This document shows, piece by piece, positions 27,901 to 36,012 of a stretch of DNA of 64,000 nt (within the stretch, counting starts at the first letter, position 1; every line of letters starts with the position of its first letter). The notes below the pieces were generated by a model. That model had not been told where the DNA came from, made no database searches, and saw only the letters and a list, made by a program, of their open reading frames with translations. This DNA is from Lama glama (Eukaryota), in contig CM052817.1 of NCBI GenBank assembly GCA_028534125.1, forward strand, positions 71,054,001-71,118,000, in the 5' to 3' direction. The position numbers and the translations under genes were made by a program.

Positions 27901-30900
27901 AGAAGCTCAGAGGGTGTCATGGATTATATATACTTGATAAAGAGATGAATTCCTGTCTTCAAGGATTTTATCGTACAGACTCATAAAATTTAAAGGAACC
28001 TCAAAAGTTTATCTAGTTCAACTTTATCCATTGTCTGAAATGCCATTAATGATTAGGAGTTCAGGAGAAGTCATCAGACAGGGTGGGGATGAAGGGTGTC
28101 AGAATGGTCAAGATGGCTTCATAAATGATACCTGATGAGCAGGAAAAGGATCCTGACAGCCACAGAATGGGATGGGGTGAGGGGTGGGGGGCATTAGTTA
28201 AAGTACAGATGTAGTTGAAATAATGGAAATAGTGGACAGGAAATACAGTGAATCAGTTACCCTGGTCGAAGCATTACATTCCTATTGGGGAAAAAGTAAG
28301 GAAGATGGTAAAAAAAAAAAAAAAAAAATCTAGACGCAGTGTAGATTCCTGGATGTGGATGCCAAATGTACCAATCACAGGTTTCCTTTTTACTTTAATG
28401 TCTGTTCCTACTTGATTTGAGTTTTGAATTAGTATACTTTACCTCTTTTATGCTTGATAATTTTGAGAAAAGGGAGTATTAATATTTTGGGTTTTTTTAT
28501 TTTTAGGTTTTTTACATTTGGATTGGAAAAAGCTGTGACAATAACTTTATAGAGGATGTGCTTGGGTATCCTAATTTTGCATCAATACCACAGAAAATGG
28601 TCAGTGCATTTTATACAGCTTTAACTTTTACTTCCTTGTTTTAAATATTTTTATGAGATAGAATTCACATGAGTCACCATTTTAACCATTTTAAAGTAAA
28701 TTATGCATTAGTTTTCAGTATATTTTCACAATGTTGTACAACCATTTCCAGTATCTAATTTCAGAGCATTTCTGTCATCTCAGAAAGAAACCTATATCCC
28801 CCAGTTCTCCCCTCCTGCTTTCCCCTGGCAACCACTAATCTTCTTTGTATCTCTATGGATTTTCCTGTTCTGGACAATTCGTATGTATGGAATCACACAA
28901 CACGTGGCCTTTTGTGTTTGGCTTCTTTTACTTCTTAGTGTTTTCAGGGTTTATCCATGTTGTAGCATGTATCAGTACTTCATTGTTTTATGACTAAAAT
29001 GATAGTCCATTGTAATTATGTCCTTTTTCCCAAAATTAATATAAAGTCAGTATAATTCTTACCACATTCACAGTTTGATTGAATTTTTTAAATTGGACAC
29101 ATTAATCCTAGCATTCATTTCTAAAACTCAACAAATGAGGATAATAAGGAAAAGTTTGAAAAGAGAGAGTAGTCAGCCAAGGGGAAATCATGTGAAAAAT
29201 AAGTCCTACTAAATAAAGCAGGAAACTTTATTTTAAAGCTGTGGTTATTTAAGTACTGTGATATGGACACAATAAATATATGAGTGGAACAGAATCAAAT
29301 TCAGAAATGGATCTAATTCATGAAAAATAGAATGTGGTAAATCATCTCAAATCACTGTGAAAAAATGAAATGTTAAAAAAACTTTGTTATATTAAAATGG
29401 GTAAGGCCTTTGTAAGTGGTGGAAAAGATTAAAAAATTTGAAACATTTCTGTCTGGTAAAATAAGTAAAGCCAAAAGATAAACAACAAAATTGGAAGATT
29501 ATCTAAGTCATATGACTGGAAAGGAGCTTATCTCTCTAGGATAAGTTCTCTTACAAATCTTTAAGGAAAAGACACCTCCCCCCCCCGCCTCAAAAATAAG
29601 AAAAGAAAAATGGGAAAAGGATTTGAACAGATAATTCATTGGGGAAAACATAGTAGCAGCCATATGAAACAACGTTTAGCCTCACTGATAATTAAGAAAA
29701 TAAAAATAAAATAACAGCACAGCATTTCTTTTCACTTTTTGTCATTTCTTTTCAGATTTTTGTCAGATGGTAAAGATTTTAAAATTTGATAATAAGCAAT
29801 AATGCAGAGGGAATAGGTCAACAGGCCTGTTAAATACAATTGATTGGACCGTACATTTATACAGTCTTTTGGAAGGCCATTTGGCAATATCTGTTAAAAT
29901 TAAAATCACATAGTATGTATCACAAAGTAAATTACTTACTCCTAAGAATATACCCTATAGATATTCGTGGAAGTCTTTATATGTAGTAATAGCTATGCAT
30001 TTATTAAAAAGAATACAGCCTGAAGAGAATAGTATACATAAAATGATCCATTTATATTTACAAAAATGTTTGTGTATATATAATAGTAGCAGTATATACT
30101 TAGAAAAATCTTAGAAAAATTTATATCAAATAGAAATTGTTCTATTATTTTACTTTTTAAACATTGATATAAATTATAAATATAATTAACCCAAACTTTT
30201 CTATTTAAAATTTTTACATACCATATTCTTATTTAGTTTACTATTAAGTTGTCTTAAAAAAAAAACTTTATGTATGTATATGTACATACACACATATGTA
30301 TGTATGTATGTATATGTAAATAGACTTTTTAGGTCTTTTTACAATAGTCTTGCATATAGTTTTTAAATATATTTACACATTCACAATATTCTTTAAAATT
30401 CCTTGCCCTTAAATTTTAAGGACTAAAGGAAACAAAATTCTCTAAAAATGGCTATTATTAGAACAGGGTATAATTGTTAAGTGAATTTGGAACTTAGTGA
30501 TAGCTCCTTCATTTGATACTTCTTTAGAAGAAATACAAAAGTGCAACACAATACCAGTGACATGTGTATGTTTTATTGACTTACCCAGAAAAAATATAAT
30601 ATTCAGGTAAAATATCAGTGACTTGTATATCATTAAACATGTCTTATTGGCTTAGTCAAGAAAACATAAACAGATTTGTCAACAATGTAAATTTAATGTG
30701 TTTGCTTGTGCTGTTGGGGCTGAGAATAGAGTGCTGGCAGCTGGTTGGTGGAAGTGGCAATCATGATTTAGTTCTAATACTGCCAGAGTCTATGAGAAAG
30801 GTAATAATTTCCTAATTATATTTTTTATCAGACACATCTTCCAGAGCTAGACACACTTTCATCAGAAAGAGCCAGATCCTTCATAACTTGGCTTAGAGAC

Positions 30901-31480
30901 AACAGACCATTAAGCCCAGTTCTTCACGTGGTAAAGTAAGTACTTCTGTAACTTACTAAAACTGTCTTATCCTGTCCAATCTATGTGAAATTGTCTTCAA
31001 AGCAGATTTTTTTTAAAAATTGTTTTTTCTTTCTTTCTTTCTTTCTTTTGGTGGGGGGAGGTAATTAGGTTTATTTGTTTGTTTATTTTTAGAGGAGTTA
31101 CTGGGGGTTGAACCCAGGACCTCATCATACTAAGCATGCGCTCTACTGCTTGAGCTACACCCTCCCCTACAAAGCAAGTTTTAAATATTATCAAAATATT
31201 TATATTTAAATATTATCAAAATTCTAGTGGTAGAATGCTGTTGTTACTTGATTAATATCCCCTATGCATTTTCATAAAGTCCTCATGATTAGCAATTTTT
31301 AAAATGTATAACTATTCTTTTTAATAATGTGCATTTTAAGATAAATACCCTTTTTTCTTTTTCAGAGATGAGAGTCCTGCTAAAACAGAATTTTTTCAAC
31401 ATTTGATTGAAGACCGGACGGAAGCTGCATTCTCTTACTATGAATTTTTGCTTCATGTTCAGCAGCAGATTTGTAAGTGA
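1154..31480 (+). CDS. SEC24B: SEC24 homolog B, COPII coat cargo adaptor; 5'-partial spliced CDS, 20 exons (probably exons 5-24)
   Basis: Exons joined by hand at GT-AG sites give one open frame of 2624 nt from GVDSSSTTSSASPMPNSYDALEGGSYP to FLLHVQQQICK*, recognised as SEC24B; includes the CRSC..CNLC zinc finger and Sec23/24 domains. Confidence 0.97.
2164..2192. repeat. (TG)n microsatellite
   Basis: Direct reading. Confidence 0.95.
3864..4087 (+). CDS. SEC24B: SEC24B exon (window exon 2, 224 nt), Pro/Ala-rich
   Basis: tgttag|AT..CAA|gtatgt; DMLSSSASSPAPEPAPEPDP..FQQYAQ. Confidence 0.93.
5790..6740 (-). mobile_element. Ancient L2 LINE fragment (approximate bounds)
   Basis: attcattca tail followed by typical antisense L2 3' sequence (ctaggcactgaggataca.., atccaagtggagatgtc). 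Confidence 0.65.
6882..7156 (-). mobile_element. 5'-truncated L1 3' end
   Basis: Antisense L1 3'UTR flanked by perfect 15-bp TSD catttgtgtttcttt (6867-6881, 7157-7171). Confidence 0.85.
7837..7864. repeat. (CA)n microsatellite
   Basis: Direct reading. Confidence 0.95.
7950..9700. mobile_element. Degraded old L1M (L1MC-like) fragments, probably both orientations
   Basis: Motifs resembling L1MC 3' regions (ttgtcctgtagaatgtcc; ccagattatggtctcta..aaaggaaccaag). Confidence 0.45.
9994..10178 (+). CDS. SEC24B: SEC24B exon (window exon 3, 185 nt)
   Basis: tttcag|CAG..CCAGA|gtaagt; QYPGVNQLSSSLGGLSL..KLNCSP. Confidence 0.93.
11415..11980. mobile_element. MIR followed by antisense L2 fragment
   Basis: MIR core (ctcagt..ctgtaaaacaggaatagtaa), then attcattcaataaatat..gtgccaggcactg. 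Confidence 0.6.
12744..12846 (+). CDS. SEC24B: SEC24B exon (window exon 4, 103 nt)
   Basis: ttgcag|T..ACG|gtaaag; SFRCTLTNIPQTQALLNKAKLPLGLLLHPFRDLT. Confidence 0.95.
14030..14156 (+). CDS. SEC24B: SEC24B exon (window exon 5, 127 nt), zinc finger
   Basis: tcctag|CAA..GATG|gtaagt; QLPVITSNTIVRCRSCRTYINPFVSFIDQRRWKCNLCYRIND. Confidence 0.96.
14853..14962 (+). CDS. SEC24B: SEC24B exon (window exon 6, 110 nt)
   Basis: acctag|TT..ATG|gtaact; VPEEFMYNPITRSYGEPHKRPEVQNSTVEFIASSDYM. Confidence 0.95.
15958..15986. repeat. (TA)n microsatellite
   Basis: Direct reading. Confidence 0.9.
16594..16706 (+). CDS. SEC24B: SEC24B exon (window exon 7, 113 nt), start of trunk domain
   Basis: tttcag|CTT..GACAA|gtaaga; LRPPQPAVYLFVLDVSHNAVEAGYLTVLCQSLLENLD. 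Confidence 0.95.
19069..19187 (+). CDS. SEC24B: SEC24B exon (window exon 8, 119 nt)
   Basis: ctttag|G..GATG|gtaagc; LPGDSRTRIGFMTFDSTIHFYNLQEGLSQPQMLIVSDID. Confidence 0.95.
19541..19596 (+). CDS. SEC24B: SEC24B exon (window exon 9, 56 nt)
   Basis: ctacag|AT..GAG|gtgaga; DVFLPTPDSLLVNLHESKE. Confidence 0.94.
19846..20052 (+). CDS. SEC24B: SEC24B exon (window exon 10, 207 nt)
   Basis: ctccag|CTT..AAG|gtattt; LIKDLLNALPNMF..REDPNQRSSTK. Confidence 0.95.
20260..20370 (-). mobile_element. MIR fragment
   Basis: attttacagatgaggaaacag core. Confidence 0.6.
21685..21940 (+). mobile_element. MIR
   Basis: ctggagccagact..caagttactt..ctgtttcctcatctgtaaaatg..gctggcacataagtgct. Confidence 0.7.
21982..22105 (+). 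CDS. SEC24B: SEC24B exon (window exon 11, 124 nt)
   Basis: acttag|GTT..CTAG|gtaagg; VVQHLGPATDFYKKLALDCSGQQTAVDLFLLSSQYSDLASL. Confidence 0.95.
22514..22672 (+). CDS. SEC24B: SEC24B exon (window exon 12, 159 nt)
   Basis: ctaaag|CT..AAAG|gtatga; ACISRYSAGCIYYYPSF..GFEAVMRIRCTK. Confidence 0.94.
23388..23561 (+). CDS. SEC24B: SEC24B exon (window exon 13, 174 nt), beta-sandwich
   Basis: acctag|GT..AAAG|gtaagg; GLSMHTFHGNFFVRSTDLL..FQTALLYTSSK. Confidence 0.95.
24196..24306 (+). CDS. SEC24B: SEC24B exon (window exon 14, 111 nt)
   Basis: cattag|GT..ATGG|gtgagt; GERRIRVHTLCLPVVSSLADVYAGVDVQAAICLLANM. Confidence 0.95.
24416..24560 (+). mobile_element. tRNA-Ala-derived SINE (Vic-1-like)
   Basis: A box cagctcaagtggtag, B box gattcaatcc, aaacctaattacctcc body, A-rich tail. 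Confidence 0.85.
24660..25100 (+). mobile_element. Old L1M 3' end
   Basis: aaactatggtacatccat..atggaatac; ggggtgatggaactgtt..atcttg..tgtgg. Confidence 0.7.
26033..26208 (+). CDS. SEC24B: SEC24B exon (window exon 15, 176 nt), helical domain
   Basis: ttatag|CT..CAG|gtagtt; AVDRSISSSLSDARDAL..LFPLYVLALLKQ. Confidence 0.95.
26613..26750 (+). CDS. SEC24B: SEC24B exon (window exon 16, 138 nt)
   Basis: atgtag|AAA..GAG|gtatgg; KAFRTGTSTRLDDRVYAMCQIKCQPLVHLMKMIHPNLYRIDRLTDE. Confidence 0.95.
27419..27572 (-). mobile_element. TcMar-Tigger (Tigger2/MER8-like) DNA transposon remnant
   Basis: Terminal gtggac..agttcaaa..tgttgttcaaaggtcatctg-TA; left end agtgacccttga resembles the inverted terminus. Confidence 0.6.
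27692..27796 (+). CDS. SEC24B: SEC24B exon (window exon 17, 105 nt)
   Basis: tttcag|GGT..TCT|gtaagc; GAIHVNDRVVPQPPLQKLSAEKLTREGAFLMDCGS. Confidence 0.95.
28507..28599 (+). CDS. SEC24B: SEC24B exon (window exon 18, 93 nt), gelsolin-like domain
   Basis: ttttag|GTT..ATG|gtcagt; VFYIWIGKSCDNNFIEDVLGYPNFASIPQKM. Confidence 0.94.
28645..30200. mobile_element. L1MB-like 3' end (antisense, ~28645-29015) then degraded sense L1M
   Basis: cccctggcaaccactaatc..atccatgttgtagcatgtatcagtacttca, followed by A-rich ORF2-like remnants. Confidence 0.6.
30832..30935 (+). CDS. SEC24B: SEC24B exon (window exon 19, 104 nt)
   Basis: tatcag|ACA..GTAAA|gtaagt; THLPELDTLSSERARSFITWLRDNRPLSPVLHVV. Confidence 0.94.
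31007..31167 (-). mobile_element. tRNA-Ala-derived SINE (Vic-1-like)
   Basis: Antisense A/B boxes, T-rich tail, flanking caaagca repeat. Confidence 0.87.
31366..31480 (+). CDS. SEC24B: SEC24B terminal exon, coding part (115 nt including TGA)
   Basis: tttcag|A GAT..AAG TGA; DESPAKTEFFQHLIEDRTEAAFSYYEFLLHVQQQICK*. Confidence 0.96.
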
Positions 31481-32280
31481 AGTGAGGTAAAATTGAACAA
31501 GAAGAAGAGGATCTATAACCTAGGTAAAGCATAATCTGTCAGAGAAGCACATAGGAAATTTGAAATGAAGGCATCTGTTGTTACGAGAGACAATACATAG
31601 CATAGCACAGCACCCTGTCTGAGGCTTTGGCAAGAGGTAAAGAGAAAGAAAGAACGTGGCAGATTTTCTTCACCCTAAATTAATGGTAATGATGATGCTG
31701 TCTCACCAAGTATATTTCGAATTGGTTTCTACACATTTCCAGTAGTGCAGCAGTACAGTGCTCTGTTCATTGCAAGCCGGCAAACTTAGGTAGCTATGTG
31801 GAATGATATGTCATAATGTAAAATTAGATAAAATCCTTTTTCTTATAAGTAAAATAACATTTTTGGACTTGAACTCTGACAAAGAGATGCCAAAAGGCAG
31901 TGGTACTGTGTTACTTGTTTATATGAATTACTTTTTAACAAGGAATGATTCATATTCATTAAATGAATTCAATATTTTCCCTGTAAAAACAATAGTTTCA
32001 GTACATGAACTATAGAAAAATATATATAAAATGTACATAAATGTTACATTTGTAAAGAAATGTAAAAATGTAACTTACAGAATATGAATCGCTTAAACTG
32101 TGCTGCATTGTTGGATGACAACTCTTTTTGTCCCAGTTAGAGAGTGAGAGGTTGACTAAGGCATACTATGAATTGAGTCCACAAAAGAAATGCAAAACTC
32201 TTTGTAATTCTGTTAAATCTTTTATGTGGATTTATTTATGATCAGCCTACTAATTAAAAATATTTTGCTTGACAAAATAT
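31481..32280 (+). other. SEC24B: SEC24B 3'UTR (end approximate)
   Basis: AT-rich, repeat-free sequence after the stop, ending near ATTAAA and a GT-rich tract. Confidence 0.7.
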
Positions 32281-32303
32281 AGTTTGGTGTTTGTGTGTTT
32301 GTC
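32253..32303 (+). terminator. Polyadenylation signal ATTAAA with downstream GU-rich element
   Basis: ATTAAA at 32253-32258, then agtttggtgtttgtgtgtttgtc at 32281-32303. Confidence 0.65.
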
Positions 32304-33722
32304 ATAGGGGGAGTTGGTGATACTTTTACGTATAGGATGTACTGAATTTACTGATCAGGGAAATGCAATGATACTACATTTCAGTCAGTAATACATGTGA
32401 ATAAGTTGTCATTAATTTGTGGACATTACCAAGTACTTACTCTATTTGTATTCTGAAGATAAATGCTACTTTCAAAATAGATATGATTACTGACTTAATC
32501 ATAACTGTAATTTATCTTTCTCAGTTAAATTAGGCATTTTCTCCTGCACATTGATAGGAAGAAAATTTTCATAACATAAGTGACTATTCTGTTTAATTGA
32601 CTTTAAGATTATCATCTTGAACTTTGAGAGTGGTTTTATACTGATGAAAAATATTTCTCATTTACTATAAAAACTATGAATGATCCTTAGATTTTGGAAC
32701 AAAGTCTTATCATATATAGTATGAAAGTCCCATAGATGAACTTTGGAAGGAAAAAGGCTCTTGATGTGTGTGGTGAGTGATTTCTACTGGTTTTGTGCTT
32801 GGTAGATCTCTTTGCTTTGAATAAAAATAAAAGTACTCTCACATTCCCTGATGGAAACGAGAGGTTTAATGACTCACCCTAAATGAATTACTAATTAGTG
32901 ACAGAGCTAATAGTAAAAGTCAAATGCTCTCCCCACCCACCAGGTACCTACTCCCACCCGAGCCCACCCCCAGGACTGTGCTTGTCCCCATACCCTGCTC
33001 CCTCCAGCAAGAGAGAATCTCACTGAACATTAGGAAAAACTGCAGTACTCTAAGGGCAAGTAAATACTGTAATTTTACAATGCAGAGTTTCCTGTTTCTG
33101 CTTTAAGAAAAGAAAATATTTTGTCTTTGGATATTTTGTTCTTCATTTAATAGATATTTATAAACACTTAAATACTTGCTAGATAATTGTTCAAGGCCCA
33201 AAACATAAAATCTCCACTTTCACAGAAGGAATGAGCTGGAAAGACAGAAAGTGGTGGTCAGGATATGGGATGCTTGAAATTGAGATTTGGAAGAAGTTTA
33301 GAATAACCTGGATGTCTACAAATGAGGAGCAGAGGGATGCATGCCCACCTGGAGTTTGAGACCAAAAAGAGTCACCTTTTGAAAGGTTTGTCCTCTGAAG
33401 ACAGCCAGAATGTGGAGACTGACATCAGCCCAAACACAGGCATGATGAGATTGGTCCTCATGGAGGGGTAGATAGATAATCAATCCTCATAGCCTCCCTA
33501 TGGGACAAGTCTCTGGCCATTTGTTTTGTGGGGCAGGGAGTGATGAGAGGAAGGGGTGTGCTTACCAGGAGTTCTATGAGCCCCTTTTCAACTATTTGAA
33601 ACCATCATGTAAGTCAGCAGTTTAAGAGAATATCCCAGGTAATGTGAAAAATCCCCTAACCTACTATTAGAACCATTGTTTAATAGGAACTTACAATTTG
33701 ATTTATAGAAAAGTCATTTACA

Positions 33723-33860
33723 GGGGGTGAGTATAGCTCCAGTGATAGAGTGCATGCTTAGCATACACCAGGTCGTGGGTTCAATCCCCAGCACCTCTTC
33801 TAAAAATAAAGTAAGTAAACCTAATTACCCCCCCCCAATTTTTTTAATTAAATAATTTTT
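33723..33860 (+). mobile_element. tRNA-Ala-derived SINE (Vic-1-like)
   Basis: A/B boxes; TSD containing gtcatttaca on both sides. Confidence 0.87.
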
Positions 33861-33881
33861 TAAAATGTCATTTACATACTA

Positions 33882-35145
33882 TTTTTTTAATTGACATACA
33901 GGTAGTTACAGTGTGTCAACTTCTGGTGTACAGCACAATGTCCCAATCATGCATATACATACATATATTCTTTTTCATTAAAGGTTATTACAAGATATTG
34001 AAGATAGTTCCCTGTGCAATACAGAAGAAACTTTTTTTAAAATCTATTTTTATATATAGTGGCGAATATTTGCAAATCTCAAACTCCCGAATTTATCCCT
34101 TACCACCCCCTTTGCATGGTAACCATAAGATTATTTACTATGTCTGCGAGTCTGTTTCTGCTTTGTAGATGAGTTCATAGTGTCCTTTCCTCTCCATTTT
34201 TTTTTAAGATTTCACATATGAGTGATAATCATATGATATTTTTCTTGCTCTTTCTGGCTTCACTTACAATAACAATCTCTAGGTCAATCCATGATGCTGC
34301 AAATGGCATTATTTTATTCTTTTTATGGCTGAGTAGTGTTCCATTGTATAAATGTGGCACAACTTCTTTATCCAGTCATCTGTTGATGGACATTTAGGTT
34401 GCTTCCGTGTCTTGGCTATTGTATATAGTGCTGTTATGAACATTGGGGTGCATGTGTCTTTTTGAATTAGAGTTCCCTCTGGATATATGCCCAGAAGTGG
34501 GATTGCTGGATCACATGGTAAGTCTATTTTTAGTTTTTTGAGGAATCTCCATACTGTGTTCCATAATGGCTGCACCAAACTACATTCCCACCAGCAGTAT
34601 AGAGGGGTTCCTTTATCTCTGCACCCTCTCCAGCATTTATCGTTTGTGGATTTTTGAATGATGGCCATTCTGACTGGTGTGAAGTGATACTTCATTGTAG
34701 TTTTGATTTTCATTTCTCTGATAATTAGTGATACTAAGCATTTTTTCATGTGCCTATTGGCCATTTGTATGTCTTCATTGCTTGTTTAGTTCTGCCCATT
34801 TTTGGATTGGGTTGTTTGTTTTTTTCTTATTAAGTTGTATGAGCTTTTTATATATTCTGGAAATTAAGCTTTTGTCAGTCGCATCATTTGCAAATATTTT
34901 CTCCCATTCCATAAATTGTCATTTTGTTTAGCTTATGGTTTCCTTTGCCGTACAAAAGCTTGTAAGTTTAATTAGGTCCCATTTGTTTATTTTTGCTCCT
35001 ATTTCTATTGCCTGGGTAGACTGCCCTAGGAGAACATTGCTAAGATTATGTCAGAGAATGTTTTGCCTTTGTTTTCTTCTAGGAGATTTATCATGTATTG
35101 TTTTATATTTAAGTCTTTAAGCCATTTTGAGTTTATATTTGTGTA
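33882..35145 (-). mobile_element. 5'-truncated L1 (ORF2 C-terminus plus 3'UTR)
   Basis: ORF 34309-34764(-) reads as L1 ORF2 C-terminal region ([34 protein letters not shown]); TSD atttacata(c/t)ta. Confidence 0.93.
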
Positions 35146-35220
35146 ATTTACATATTACTCTTAAGGAGTACATCCATAGCCCAAATCAGGTGCATTGATG
35201 GAAAAAGAATTCTGTCTTTT

Positions 35221-35508
35221 CAGAAATAGACTCATGGACAGAGAATACAGACTTGTGGTTACCGGGGGGGGGGGTGGGTAGAGGGTGGGAAGGGATAGAC
35301 TGGGATTTCAAAGTTGTAGAAAAGATAAACAAGATTACACTGTATAGCACAGGGAAATATACACAAAATGTTATGATAAATCACAGAGAAAAAAATGTGA
35401 CAATGAGTGTGTATATGTCCATGAATGACTGAAAAATTGTGCTGAACACTGGAATTTGACACAACACTGTAAAATGATTATGAATCAATAAAAAATGTAA
35501 AAAAAAAA
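35221..35508 (+). mobile_element. Short 5'-truncated L1 3' end with polyA
   Basis: cagaaatagactc..gtatagcacagggaa..caataaaaa plus A tail; partial TSD aagaat. Confidence 0.85.
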
Positions 35509-35512
35509 GAAT

Positions 35513-36012
35513 NNNNNNNNNNNNNNNNNNNNNNNNNNNNNNNNNNNNNNNNNNNNNNNNNNNNNNNNNNNNNNNNNNNNNNNNNNNNNNNNNNNNNNNN
35601 NNNNNNNNNNNNNNNNNNNNNNNNNNNNNNNNNNNNNNNNNNNNNNNNNNNNNNNNNNNNNNNNNNNNNNNNNNNNNNNNNNNNNNNNNNNNNNNNNNNN
35701 NNNNNNNNNNNNNNNNNNNNNNNNNNNNNNNNNNNNNNNNNNNNNNNNNNNNNNNNNNNNNNNNNNNNNNNNNNNNNNNNNNNNNNNNNNNNNNNNNNNN
35801 NNNNNNNNNNNNNNNNNNNNNNNNNNNNNNNNNNNNNNNNNNNNNNNNNNNNNNNNNNNNNNNNNNNNNNNNNNNNNNNNNNNNNNNNNNNNNNNNNNNN
35901 NNNNNNNNNNNNNNNNNNNNNNNNNNNNNNNNNNNNNNNNNNNNNNNNNNNNNNNNNNNNNNNNNNNNNNNNNNNNNNNNNNNNNNNNNNNNNNNNNNNN
36001 NNNNNNNNNNNN
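35513..36012. other. Assembly gap (500 N)
   Basis: Run of N; the round length suggests a placeholder size. Confidence 0.99.

Noticed and set aside
34309..34764. 151-aa ORF as a host gene or active retroelement
   Set aside because: It is only the C-terminal piece of L1 ORF2 in a 5'-truncated element without EN/RT domains.
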